Part shown: positions 8,751 to 19,200 of the stretch, one piece after another
Layout of the letters: every line of letters starts with the position of its first letter
Position numbering within the stretch: position 1 is the stretch's first letter
Position numbers and translations under genes: made by a program
From: an uncultured Verrucomicrobiae bacterium
Lineage (GTDB): Bacteria; Verrucomicrobiota; Verrucomicrobiia; Limisphaerales; JAFGQR01
Assembly: GCA_963788655.1 (NCBI GenBank)
Contig: CAWBHS010000095.1
Location: 1-31,043 of the forward strand
Direction: 5' to 3'
Length of the DNA: 31,043 nt
Notes under the pieces: generated by a model
What the model was told of the DNA's origin: nothing
What the model saw: the letters and a program-made list of their open reading frames with translations, nothing else
Databases searched by the model: none

Positions 8751-9106
8751 AGGAAGCGTTTCAAAACTGGCTCAACCAACGCGGCCGTCTGCCGGGTGTG
8801 CTCGGGTGTGCGGTGCGCTTTCCAGACCGCGTGTGTCTAAGTCAGGACAACACCAGGTCGCTGCCCGCCGAGAAATTGGATGAAGCCTGGAACCAGGTGG
8901 CTGAGGCAGCCACGGGGCTGAATCAGCATCGGCTGGCCGCCACGCATTTGCTGTGGACCTTTGCCGAGGGCCAACTGCACTGCGCCATCCGGTCGGACGG
9001 CATCGTGCTCGGCCTGATCACTCCCGTTAGCACCGACACCTATGATCCCGCCTTGATTGACAAGGTGGTTGAGGAATTCCTCCAGCTTGAGTCAACGAAG
9101 AGTTAG
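8747..9106 (+). CDS. Small protein, probable roadblock/LC7 (MglB-like) fold
   Basis: Overlaps the upstream gene by ATGA. Pattern of helix, GVLGCAVRFPD strand pair, long helix, three strands (HLLWTF, QLHCAIR, IVLGLIT) and a final helix. The fold call is inference. Confidence 0.6.
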   Translation: MKEAFQNWLNQRGRLPGVLGCAVRFPDRVCLSQDNTRSLPAEKLDEAWNQVAEAATGLNQHRLAATHLLWTFAEGQLHCAIRSDGIVLGLITPVSTDTYDPALIDKVVEEFLQLESTKS

Positions 9107-9462
9107 TCCGACAAGCTTTCCATTCCGGCCCGCGGCCTAAAACCAAGCGAAGAAATGGCATCCAGAATAAGCGTCATTTTGAAGCGGCTGGAGGTCGCCA
9201 ATTTCGAAGGGCGGCTGGTTCGTCCGGAATTTAGATTGGTCTGTAGCCGAGCGGTGATGTTGTTGGTGGTGCTATGCCGGCGCAAACATAAGCCGATGGC
9301 GGGCTTGGTGCCTCACTTGTAATTTACCCATTGGACGGTGCTGGTCAGAAGGTCGGCGCTCCTGATCGAGTTGCGCTTGAGGCAGTGTTTTTGAATTGCT
9401 CGAACCGTTCGTCGGTATATAGAATGGCGGCGAGTCAGGCAAAAACAGAAGACCAGAAAACT

Positions 9463-10689
9463 ATGAAAAACAATCAGGGGATGTCCGAGCCAAGTCAGAC
9501 CAACGTTTCACACCGCGCACCTATTGGGTCCTTTCTGGTCCGCCGCAAATGGATTCTGCTTTCCTTCACCGCCGCCGGATTGATCGCCGGGCTGATCGTG
9601 TTGTTTGCCGTCCGGCCCACGTATCATTCGGAAGCCAGGTTGCTCGTGCGGTACATCACCGATAGTTATTCGATGGGAGATGTGGGCCAGGACAGTCAGT
9701 TGACAAAGTCAACGACGCCAAGCCACGACTCCATGACCTCGGAATTGGAAATCCTCACCAGTTTTGATGTCGCCCGAGAGGCAGCCGAGAGCGTCGGCGT
9801 GTCCAAGATCATTGGTACTAATGAGCCATCACCCACCGCGAGCGAGGCCGCTGCTTACATTGTCAGGAATTTGCAGGTTGAGATTCCTCCGCAAAGCAGT
9901 GTGTTCAAAATCAGCTTTGCCCACTTCGATCCGGAAGTGACGCAGCGAGCGCTGGACGAATTGATCAATAGCTATCTCAGATGCCACTTGAAGATTCACC
10001 GGGAAGTGGGCATTCACAATGATTTCCTGACGAAACAACGTGATCGCTTTAAAGGGGAAGTTGCGACAGCGGATTCGCAGATTGATAGCCTGCGGCTAAG
10101 AGCAGGTGGCCTTTCCCTCGACCGAATGCAGCGCGCTTTCGAAGACGAAGCGGCCGCCATTCAAAAAGACTTGCTCCAGTGTGAGGTCGATTTGGCTCTG
10201 AATCCCTCCCGCGAACCACGATTGCAAGCACTCCAGGAATCGACCAACCGCCCGCCTGATCAGGTGCAGGGGAAGCAAACGCCGAAAGCCCTGCAAATCG
10301 CCGACCTTACCGTCAAGACCAATGTGCTGCACACGCAATTGCAAAAACTCCTGAGCGATCTCGCGAAATGTCGTGAGCTGCGGCAGCAAGTGGATGAGTG
10401 GGAACGGAGAAAGCAGCTCGCCGAGACTAATCTGTGGAAGTATGTTTCAGCCCTCGAGTCCGCCCAGATCGCCGACATATTGGGTCCCGGAACGATAAGT
10501 TCGATCGTACGGGTCCAAGCTCCCACACCTCCAGTGTCCGACCGCGCGCCGGTCATTTGCGCGGTGGGAGGAACCTGGCTTGGCGGAATCATCCTTGGAT
10601 TCGGGTGCGCGGCGATTGTGGATGTGCGGAAGCGACGTCCGCGCTCCGCCCCACCGCCAGAGATGTCCCCAGACCAACCCGTTCATTGA
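9463..10689 (+). CDS. Wzz/GumC-like polysaccharide chain-length regulator (no kinase domain)
   Basis: RRKWILL + TM helix, PTYHSEARLLV, SELEILTS, coiled-coil region, VRVQAPTPP and a second TM helix (GGIILGFGCAAIVD). Start is uncertain (9424, 9463 or 9481). Confidence 0.75.
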   Translation: MKNNQGMSEPSQTNVSHRAPIGSFLVRRKWILLSFTAAGLIAGLIVLFAVRPTYHSEARLLVRYITDSYSMGDVGQDSQLTKSTTPSHDSMTSELEILTSFDVAREAAESVGVSKIIGTNEPSPTASEAAAYIVRNLQVEIPPQSSVFKISFAHFDPEVTQRALDELINSYLRCHLKIHREVGIHNDFLTKQRDRFKGEVATADSQIDSLRLRAGGLSLDRMQRAFEDEAAAIQKDLLQCEVDLALNPSREPRLQALQESTNRPPDQVQGKQTPKALQIADLTVKTNVLHTQLQKLLSDLAKCRELRQQVDEWERRKQLAETNLWKYVSALESAQIADILGPGTISSIVRVQAPTPPVSDRAPVICAVGGTWLGGIILGFGCAAIVDVRKRRPRSAPPPEMSPDQPVH

Positions 10690-10746
10690 CGGAACCTCGC
10701 AGCGTCGCACCTGCTGATGTAACTGCAAGATGGGCGACACTTTTCG

Positions 10747-10882
10747 GTAGCGCAGGTTTTCAATCTGCTGTAACGCCGAATTGCCTCCGGCAAGGCGTCC
10801 GCTGGTTCGAGGCCCGCTGGCATAGGCGTGACGCCCGGCGGATTGAAAATCTGCGATACAGCAGAATGCAATTCTGCGCTTC
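10747..10882. repeat. REP-like inverted pair, family B, complete
   Basis: Left arm gtagcgcaggttttcaatctgctgtaacgccgaattgcctccggc; inverted right arm gcggattgaaaatctgcgatacagcagaatgcaattctgcgcttc. Lies between convergent genes. Confidence 0.78.
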
Positions 10883-10966
10883 CAAGCTGGCGCCGGCTTG
10901 GCGCCTATCCCAGCGTCCACTCACGAGCCACCGCACTTGCATCCGTTCGACCGGCGGGATGACGGT

Positions 10967-10995
10967 AGAACTTGGCTTGAATTCAACCAGGTTCT
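10967..10995. terminator. Imperfect palindrome just downstream of the oxidoreductase; possible terminator hairpin
   Basis: agaacttggcttgaattcaaccaggttct is nearly self-complementary around GAATTC, 21 bp past the stop at 11017. No clear U-tract. Confidence 0.3.
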
Positions 10996-11016
10996 TGTGC
11001 CTCTGAGGATGACGGC

Positions 11017-12273
11017 TTACACCGTCAATCCTGTCAAATCGACCTCCAGTCGCGTAGTGTCTTTTAGTAATTCCTGCCAGGTCAGTTTCTCACGGCGGCG
11101 AGCGGCTTCGCGTCCCAGGATGGTGGCGAGGGCAGCATTCACCGAGGGCTCCAACGTGCGATTACTATGGTCCCCAGCCATGATGTTTTGGTGGAACGTA
11201 TCCACGTTGCGCGTCATGCCTTCGGTATAAAGATTCGTATTCTCGCCGCCGCCATAGCCGTCTTCGAGTCCGCGGATGAACGTTTTGCCCGCGTAATTGG
11301 CCTCCAGAAATCCCTGTTGCCCGTATGCTTCGCAGCCGCTGGCAAAAGCCGTGCGATTCTGCACGTGCTCGCTGTCATTGGTCATCACCATGCCGTTCTT
11401 GAATTCGTAACTGACCGCGTAGCAATCGTCGGAATCGCCATGGGCATCAGGCCGGTTGCGGCACGAATAGCCCATCGCGCTCACCGGCACGTCACCCGCC
11501 ACCCACAACGCCACGTCCACCGCGTGAATGTCGCAGTTAACGATGTAACTGCCGCCCAGGGCCGTGTGGTTCACCCAGGCCAACCGGGTCAGCAAGTTCG
11601 CAATCGTTTTTGCCCGCGGCGGATCGACAAAGCATTCGTCGTGATAGAACGACCGGATCAATCCGAGGTTTCCGATCATCCCCGCGCGAACTTGTTTGAC
11701 GGCCTCGATATGAAGCGGATCGGTCCGGGTCTGGAAATCCACCAGAAACACCTTCTGGTTCCGCGCCGATTGGCGGCCCGCCTCCAAGATCGTCAGGCAA
11801 CCCGGCACATCCACCGCCACGGGCTTGGCCATATAAACATGACATCCCGCCGCTACGGCCGCCCGCGCGTGCTGCGGGAAAAAGTATGGTGGCGTTACCA
11901 GAAAGATTGCATCGACTTTGCTTTCGAGGATCCGTTGGTAACCGTTCAGCCCGGAGAAGCACCGGTCTTGGGGCACCTTGAGCCGCTCACCGACGCCTTG
12001 GGAAACTTGCGGGAAATAGTCCGCCACGGCGGTGATCTGAAAACCCGGATGCTTGGATACATGCTCGGCGATCCAACCGCCACGGCCGCCCAGGCCCACA
12101 CAGCCGACCGTGACTTTGGAATTGGCTTGCGATCCGCGTACCAGTGCCGGGCTCATGACGGTAAACGCTGCGGCGGCACCGGTCGTTGCCAAAAACCGGC
12201 GGCGGGTGAGGGCGGAAGGATGGGAGAGGGCGGCGTTGTCTGCGGGAAAGCAGGAAGGTTTGTTCGTGTTCAT
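11017..12273 (-). CDS. Gfo/Idh/MocA family NAD(P)-dependent oxidoreductase with a Tat signal
   Basis: TRRRFL twin-arginine motif; GCVGLGGRG Rossmann motif; DAIFLVTPPYFFPQH and HVYMAKPVAVD. ATG at 12273 (MNTNKP). Confidence 0.9.
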   Translation of the reverse strand: MNTNKPSCFPADNAALSHPSALTRRRFLATTGAAAAFTVMSPALVRGSQANSKVTVGCVGLGGRGGWIAEHVSKHPGFQITAVADYFPQVSQGVGERLKVPQDRCFSGLNGYQRILESKVDAIFLVTPPYFFPQHARAAVAAGCHVYMAKPVAVDVPGCLTILEAGRQSARNQKVFLVDFQTRTDPLHIEAVKQVRAGMIGNLGLIRSFYHDECFVDPPRAKTIANLLTRLAWVNHTALGGSYIVNCDIHAVDVALWVAGDVPVSAMGYSCRNRPDAHGDSDDCYAVSYEFKNGMVMTNDSEHVQNRTAFASGCEAYGQQGFLEANYAGKTFIRGLEDGYGGGENTNLYTEGMTRNVDTFHQNIMAGDHSNRTLEPSVNAALATILGREAARRREKLTWQELLKDTTRLEVDLTGLTV

Positions 12274-12311
12274 TATTGTTAATTCGTGGCATTTCACTTC
12301 AGTAGTACGCA

Positions 12312-13439
12312 TCAGTCTCCCAAGCACGTGCCAACCGCGCGGGCTGACCGGACCCAAGGATGCTCCGGCGGCACATCCTTGCGCTTGCCGGCGACGTTTT
12401 GGATGGGCACGGGTTGCACGTCATCACCGCGGGCGGCGACCATTACGCCAAAGGCGCGCTGGCATACGAATTCGGCGCAAGCCGTGCCCAATCGCGTGGC
12501 CAGCAACCGATCCTGGGCCGACGGCGCGCCGCCGCGTTGGACATACCCGAGGATTGTGACCCGCGATTCCAATCCGGTGAGCTGTTCGAGTTGGCTGGCC
12601 AGCCGCAACGTGTTGCCCGAATGATGATGATCCAATTCCGCCAGTTCGGCCTTGGCCTTCAACACGGCGGACTGGGTCGTTGCGTTGGTTTTGCGTTCCT
12701 TGGCCGCTTTGAAACGGGCGGCCAGCGTCTGCGACACGGCGCCTTCCGCCACGGCGACAATGCTGAAGTTGGTGCCGCGTTCGCTGCGTCGCCGGATCGC
12801 CTTGGCAATCTTCTTCACATCGTAAGGGATTTCAGGAATCAGGATAACGTCCGCGCCGCCGGCAATTCCCGCGCCCAGGGTGAGCCAGCCGGAACGGTGG
12901 CCCATGATTTCGGCCACGATGATGCGGTGATGGCTGTGCGCGGTGCTGTGCAGACGGTCAATCGCTTCGGTCGCGATCCCCAGGGCCGTATCGAAACCGA
13001 AACTCGTGTCGGTCATCGCCACGTCGTTGTCGATCGTCTTGGGCAGCGTCACGATGTCCAATCCTTGCTCGACCAAGCGGAGCGCGTTCTTGTGCGTGCC
13101 ACCGCCGCCAATGCAAACCAAGGCCTCGAGGCGGAGCTTTTTGCAGTTGTCGGCTATGACCTCCCGCATGTCGCGGACCTTGCCGTTAACCTCCATGCGG
13201 TGCGGCTTGATCCGGCTGGTGCCCAGAATCGTGCCGCCGACTGTCAGGATACCGGCGAGGGTGTTTTTGTCCAAGGACAGGATACGTTTCTCGAGGAGGC
13301 CAAGGAAGCCGTCGCGAATGCCGATCACTTCGATGCCCCGATGAGCCAGCGCGGCTTTGCCCACGCCCCGAATGGCGGCATTCAATCCAGGACAATCTCC
13401 TCCCGCCGTCAGAATACCAATACGCTTGATTCTTTTCAT
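12312..13439 (-). CDS. pfkA: 6-phosphofructokinase (PfkA family)
   Basis: [55 protein letters not shown] and [15 protein letters not shown]. Confidence 0.92.
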   Translation of the reverse strand: MKRIKRIGILTAGGDCPGLNAAIRGVGKAALAHRGIEVIGIRDGFLGLLEKRILSLDKNTLAGILTVGGTILGTSRIKPHRMEVNGKVRDMREVIADNCKKLRLEALVCIGGGGTHKNALRLVEQGLDIVTLPKTIDNDVAMTDTSFGFDTALGIATEAIDRLHSTAHSHHRIIVAEIMGHRSGWLTLGAGIAGGADVILIPEIPYDVKKIAKAIRRRSERGTNFSIVAVAEGAVSQTLAARFKAAKERKTNATTQSAVLKAKAELAELDHHHSGNTLRLASQLEQLTGLESRVTILGYVQRGGAPSAQDRLLATRLGTACAEFVCQRAFGVMVAARGDDVQPVPIQNVAGKRKDVPPEHPWVRSARAVGTCLGD

Positions 13440-13604
13440 GACTGTTCCGGTCGCTGGCAGGCAGTAAACCCCGGATGAATGAGGGGCTCAAGTTTCTTTC
13501 ACGGTGCGGAGACGGAGTCGCGCTCGGGAAATGGCTGCCGGCTTCGCTCCGCAAAACCGGACGGTGCTCAGCGCTGGACCGCGAGGTGTCGTGCTAGGAT
13601 AAGA

Positions 13605-14755
13605 TTAGACTCGCAAGCCAAACAAACGTTGGTGTTCCAGGATGGCGTAGCGGTCGGTCATGCCGGCCAGGTAATCGCACACGGCGCGATACACTTCGTC
13701 CTCGCGCGCGCGGCGATGGGAAAGTTCGCCCATCTGCTCCGGATGAGCCACGAAATAATGGAACAGTTCCTCCAACATCCGGACTGCTCGGCGATTGGGC
13801 TCGTGGACTTCAGGACTGAAATAAAGGTTTTTGTAAAGATACTTGCGAACGTCCTGGTTGGCCTTGCGTTGCCGGGGACTGTATTGCGCGAGGGCTTTCG
13901 GCTGGCGGCGAGCGTCATCGGCGGATTTCACCTTGGCGTGCGCGATCCGTTTCTCGGTGGCCAACACCACGTCTTTGACCTGTTGGTCAATGATGCAGCG
14001 GATGATGAAATAGCGCCGGCACTCGTCGGGCAGGTCGCCGTATTGCCCCTTCACGAGCAACGCCGCTGCGTGCCAGAGGTCCACGTCGCGGTTCAGGTTC
14101 TTCTCCCGCAGCAAGCCCGAGGTCAGCCCATCATCCAGATCGTGACTGTAGTACGTGATCTCGTCGGCCAGATTGGCTATTTGGGCTTCCAGCGACGAGG
14201 AGTGCGAGGCAAATTCCGCCTGCCCGGCGGGATGATCAAAGCCAGTGCGGTGCTTCACCAAACCCTCGCGCACTTCCCACGTGAGATTCAGTCCGGAAAA
14301 CCGGGGATACTTTTGCTCGAGCAGTTCGACGACGCGCAGGCTCTGTCGATTGTGTTCGAAGCCACCGTGCGCCTTCATCAGGCTGTTTAGCGCATCTTCG
14401 CCTTTGTGGCCAAACGGCGAATGCCCGAGGTCGTGGGCCAGGGCAATGGTTTCCGTCAGATCCTCGTTCAACCGCAAGGCGCGGGCGATGTTGCGGGCAA
14501 TGGCCGCCACTTCCATGGTGTGCGTTAACCGGGTGCGCAGATGGTCGCCCGTGCCATTGAGGAACACCTGGGTCTTATATTCCAAGCGACGAAACGCGCG
14601 CGAGTGGATCACGCGGTCGCGGTCCCGCTGGTATTGCGTGCGCCACTCGGGCGAATCTTCTGGGTAAGTACGGCCGCGGGTGTCCGCGCTGAATTGGGCG
14701 TAAGGCGCCAGGGTATCGCGTTCGCGCTGTTCCAATTCTTCCCGGGGCAGGCCAT
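13605..14755 (-). CDS. dgt: Deoxyguanosinetriphosphate triphosphohydrolase (dGTPase); probable 1-bp frameshift just after the start codon
   Basis: RTQYQRDRDRVIHSRAFRRLEYKTQVF, RTRLTHTMEV, LAHDLGHSPFGH, FEHNRQSLR, ADEITYYSHDLDD and DYLAGMTDRYA. ATG at 14755 joins the reading frame (M-A-C-P-R-E-E-L-E) if one C is added to the CCCC run. Confidence 0.9.
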
Positions 14756-14770
14756 GCGATGAAGCCGCGC

Positions 14771-15999
14771 TCAATTCTGCGCCAGCACGTCCTGAACGGA
14801 AATTCCGCGCAACTCGAACAAACGCCGAATGACATCTTCGATGAGATTGTTCGGGCAAGAAGCTCCGGCCGTGATGCCCACCGTAATCTGGCCGGACGGC
14901 AACCAGTCGCGCGTCTCGACTTCTTCCTGCGCGTGCAGGTTGTAATGGCGAATGCACGTGTCCGACATCATCTTGGCGGCGTTCTTGATGAAATAAGTCG
15001 GCAGCTTGGCTTCGCCCATTTCCGCAAGATGCGAGGTGTTCGAGGAGTTGTAACCGCCGATCACGATGCAGCAGGTCCAGCGGTTCCGCCAGCAGCTTTT
15101 GCAGGGCGTCCTGCCGGTCTTGCGTGGCGCCGCATATCGTGTCGAAGAAACGGAAGTGCTGCGGCAACTCCGCGGTACCGTAACGTTGTTCCATGGCGTT
15201 TCGGAGCCGCCGCTGCACGTCCTCGGTTTCGCCGCGCAACATCGTGGTTTGGTTGGCCACGCCAATGGCCTGCAGATGCACATCCGGGTCAAAGCCCGGC
15301 GAATAAGCGCCGCTGAATTTTTGGAGAAACTCCTGTTTGTTGCCGCCGTGCATGATGTAATTGCAGACGTAATCGGTTTCGGCCAACGTGAACACCACCA
15401 GGTAATGACCGCTGCCATGCGCGCGTGGCCTGCGAACTGGTGGCTTTGGTTTCCTCGTGCCAGGCCTTGCCGTGAATGATGCTGGTGACGCTGTCGTTGG
15501 CGTATTGCCGGACCCGTTTCCACACGCTCATCACGTCGCCGCACGTGGTATCGACGAACTGGCAGCCTTTGGCTTCGAGTTGGTCCATGATGGCCATCTC
15601 CGTCCCAAACGCCGGGATGATTACCACGTCGCCCTGTTTCAATTCGTCAACGTCCGCGTTCTTTTCTTTGCCGGCCAGAAACTGGATACCCATTTCGCGA
15701 ATCTGATCGTTGACCTCCGGGTTGTGAATGATTTCGCCCAGAATGTAAATCGGCCGGTCAGGAAATACTTTGCGGGCGGCGTAGGCCAGATCGATGGCGC
15801 GTTCCACGCCGTAGCAAAAACCAAATTCCTTGGCCAGCTTGATCGTAAGTCCGCCGGCGGAAAGCACGTGGCCTCGGGCGCGAATCCGGTCCACGAGTTC
15901 GCTGCGGTAATGTGATTCGACCTGCGCCTGGACTGCGGTCATGATGTCCGGTCGGCGCAAGTTGATCTTTTTGGGCGTTGTCGTTGCTGCACTTGACAT
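14771..15999 (-). CDS. ispH: 4-hydroxy-3-methylbut-2-enyl diphosphate reductase, split by two frameshifts (~15422 and ~15068)
   Basis: Three Fe-S Cys motifs across frames: FGFCYGV, DTTCGDV, DTICGATQDRQ. Also EIIHNP, ANQTT, GGYNSSNT and TAGASCP. Confidence 0.9.
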
Positions 16000-16181
16000 A
16001 CGGGCGCAATCTAACACGGCCTCCCGCGACGTCGAGCAGAAAGGCCATACGAGAAAATGTGTAATTTGGCCGCATCAAACGGCGTGTCTATCGGCGCGCC
16101 GATAGTCCTCTCGGCTTGAACGGCCCAACAACGTTCGAGCCGACCGGAATGTCGGCGCTCCTGTGTAACCCAAGAAAACGC

Positions 16182-16209
16182 TTTCACTTCTACCGTCAAA
16201 ATGTATAAT
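16182..16209 (+). promoter_or_regulatory. Possible sigma70-type promoter for the cytochrome/DUF1553 gene
   Basis: Perfect TATAAT at 16204-16209, 46 bp upstream of the ATG. The -35 match is weak (tttcac). Confidence 0.3.
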
Positions 16210-16255
16210 AATCACGATAAGTCGAAGCAAACCCAACGTTTCCGTGTGAATTGAT

Positions 16256-19200
16256 ATGGCGAAAGTAACCCGAGAATTGGCCCTGCCGCTTTTGTTTTGG
16301 GCGCTGGTGGTGCCAGTTTTGGCTCAAGCGGCGGACCTGAAGGCGCCGACCGTGGAATTCGACCGCGACATTCGGCAGATACTCTCCGAGAATTGTTTTG
16401 CCTGCCATGGGCCGGATCCGAAGGCCCGTAAAGCCAAGCTCCGCCTGGATATCCACGATGGCCTGCTGCGGCCCGACAAACCCGACGACGCGGTTGTCAT
16501 TCCCGGTGACCCGGCCAAGAGCAAATTGGTTTACCGCATCACCACCACGGACCCAGACGACCACATGCCGCCGCCGGAAAGCGGCAAGAAACTGAAACCG
16601 CAGCAGATTGACTTGCTGACGCAGTGGATTGCCCAAGGGGCCCCCTGGCAAAAGCATTGGGCTTATGTCGCTCCGCAACGACCGCCGTTACCGGAAATCA
16701 ACCACAAGGATTGGCCGCGAAATGAGATCGACCCTTTTGTGTTGGCCCGCCTGGAAAAGGAAAAGCTTCGACCTGCACCGGAAGCCACCCGCTCAACACT
16801 GATTCGGCGGGTCACCTTCGATTTGACCGGTCTGCCGCCCACCCCACAAGCAGTCGATGCCTACCTGGCCGACAACAGCTCGGACGCCTACGAGAAGGTG
16901 GTGGACCGCCTCCTGGCTTCCCCGCGTTACGGCGAACAGATGGCGCGTTATTGGCTCGATGCGGCGCGCTACGCCGATTCCCACGGTTTCCACATCGATT
17001 CCGTGCGCAGTATTTGGAAATACCGCGAATGGGTCATTCAGGCGTTCAACGAGAACAAACCATTTGACCAGTTTTCCATCGAGCAACTGGCCGGGGATTT
17101 GTTGCCCAATCCCACCACGGAACAGAAAATCGCGTCCGGCTATGTCCGCTGCAACATGAGCACGTCGGAAGGCGGCGCCATTGTCGATGAATACCAGGCC
17201 AAGTACACCTTTGACCGCACGGAAACCATGGCCACCACCTGGATGGGCATGACGCTGACCTGCGCTCGCTGTCACTCGCACAAATTCGATCCCATCACCC
17301 ACCGCGAGTATTACCGACTCTTTGCCTTCTTCAACAGCCTCGACGAATCGGTCATGGACGGGAACCGCCCCGATCCGGCGCCCAGCATTCGATTGCCGAG
17401 TGCCGAACAATCTGCGCGGCTCGACTGGCTGAAGCAGCACCTTGCTGATGCTCAAGCCCAACTCGAAGCGCCAGTGGCCGAGTTGGACCAGGCGCAGGCA
17501 GCTTGGCAGGAAAAGTGGCAGCGAGAGTTGAGTGGGAGTTGGCGCGCTTTGCCGCCGCACTACGTGCAGTCGAATGCCAAAGACGGAGCGCAATTGCGGG
17601 CGTTGGAAGACCAATCGATTCTCGCGTTTGGTTCCAATCCCGAGCAGGACGTTTATGAATTTCGTACCTTCCTGGACGCCGGCCCACTGGCTGGGTTGCG
17701 GCTGGAGACATTGCCCCACGACTCAATGCCGCAAAAAGCTGCCGGGCGCGCGGATGATGGGCGTTTTCGTTTGTCCGAAATCGAAGCCGTCCTGATCGCT
17801 CCTGGTGCCGATGGCAAACCAGGTAAACCACAGAAATTACAGTTCAAGCACGCTGCCGCCGACACTTTCGAAAACAAGTTTGAAGCGGCCAACGCCATCG
17901 ACGGCAAGGCCGATACTGGCTGGGGTGTGGCCGCGGGCGAAGTCAATGTCCCGCACGCGGCGGTGTTTCTGCTGGGCGATGCTGTTCAAGTGCCAGCCAA
18001 TGCCGAACTGCGAGTGCATCTGCGCTTTGAAGCCTCGAAGTCCAAACGCGCCCTCGGCCATTTTCGTCTGGCTGCCGCTCAAAACGAAAAGCTGGTGCAA
18101 CTCATCAATCCGGTGCGGGCCGACGCGTGGCAGGTCATTGGTCCGTTCAAGACGGAAGGATTGGATGCGGGCTATGCCAAAGAATATCCGCCTGAACAGG
18201 AAATTGATTTTCAGAAATCCTATCCGGGCGTGCGCGAGGAAATCCGCTGGCACGGCGAAAAGGATTATGTTGATGGCAAAAATCATTTGCTCGTCGATCA
18301 ACTGCACGGCGTGCATGGCGCGTATTATCTACACCGCAAGTTGAAGCTGCCCGAAGCCCGCCAGCTCCAATTGACTTTGCGCGCCGATACGCTGTTCAAG
18401 CTGTGGGTCAACGGCAAATTGGCCGGTGAGCGCGCCGCTCCGGAGCAGTCCGGCGAAGGCCCGTTGACCGTTACCGTGAAGCTCAACGCCGGCGACAACG
18501 AGGTGTTGGTCAAAGTGGTCAACCACCAAGGCGCCTGTTATTTCTCCTTTGCCAGCGAGGTCGATGATCCGGATAGCATCCCGCCGACGATTGCCGCGTT
18601 GCTGGCCACTGGCCGGCCCTTGAGCGCAGCCCAGCTAGCCCCGGTGCGCGATTATTTTCGCCGCCAGAATTCACCGGAGTTCCGGAAGCTGTTCACGCAA
18701 GTCGGCCATTGGCGCGAGGAAGAAGCCGACATCGAGAAGGCCATTCCCACGACGATGATCGCCAAGGAACTCGCCAAACCGCGTGAAACACACCTGCTGA
18801 TGCGCGGCGAATACGACAAGCCTGGCGAAGTTGTGACTCCCGGCGTGCCGGCCATCCTGCCGCCGTTCCCCGCGGACGCGCCCACCAACCGCCTGGGCCT
18901 GGCGAAATGGTTGTTGAACCCGAAGCATCCGTTGACCGCCCGCGTGACGGTGAACCGTTTCTGGCAACAGTTTTTTGGCGTCGGCATTGTGAAGACCGCC
19001 GAAGACTTCGGGGTTCAAGGCGAACCGCCATCGCATCCCGAATTGCTCGACTGGCTGGCTACGGAATTCGTTCGCACCGCTTGGGACGTGAAGAAACTTC
19101 AGCGCCTCATCGTCACCAGCGCCACCTACCGGCAATCCTCGAAGGCCGCGCTGGAATTGCACGAGCGCGATCCGGAAAACCGCTTGCTGGCGCGCGGGCC

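Noticed and set aside
9103..9330. Small ORFs between the roadblock-like and Wzz-like genes
   Set aside because: No RBS or motif support on either strand.
11167..14390. Long plus-strand ORFs (11167..12282, 12360..13478, 13479..14390)
   Set aside because: They are antisense shadows of well-supported minus-strand genes, expected in GC-rich DNA, and carry no recognisable motifs.
13605..14755. dGTPase as an anti-phage defence gene
   Set aside because: It is a short housekeeping-type enzyme directly behind ispH, with no defence-island context.
13605..15398. Apparent 597-aa IspH-dGTPase fusion ORF
   Set aside because: It joins the middle frame of frameshifted ispH to dgt through an out-of-frame stretch. 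ispH has its own stop at 14771 and dgt has a plausible ATG at 14755.
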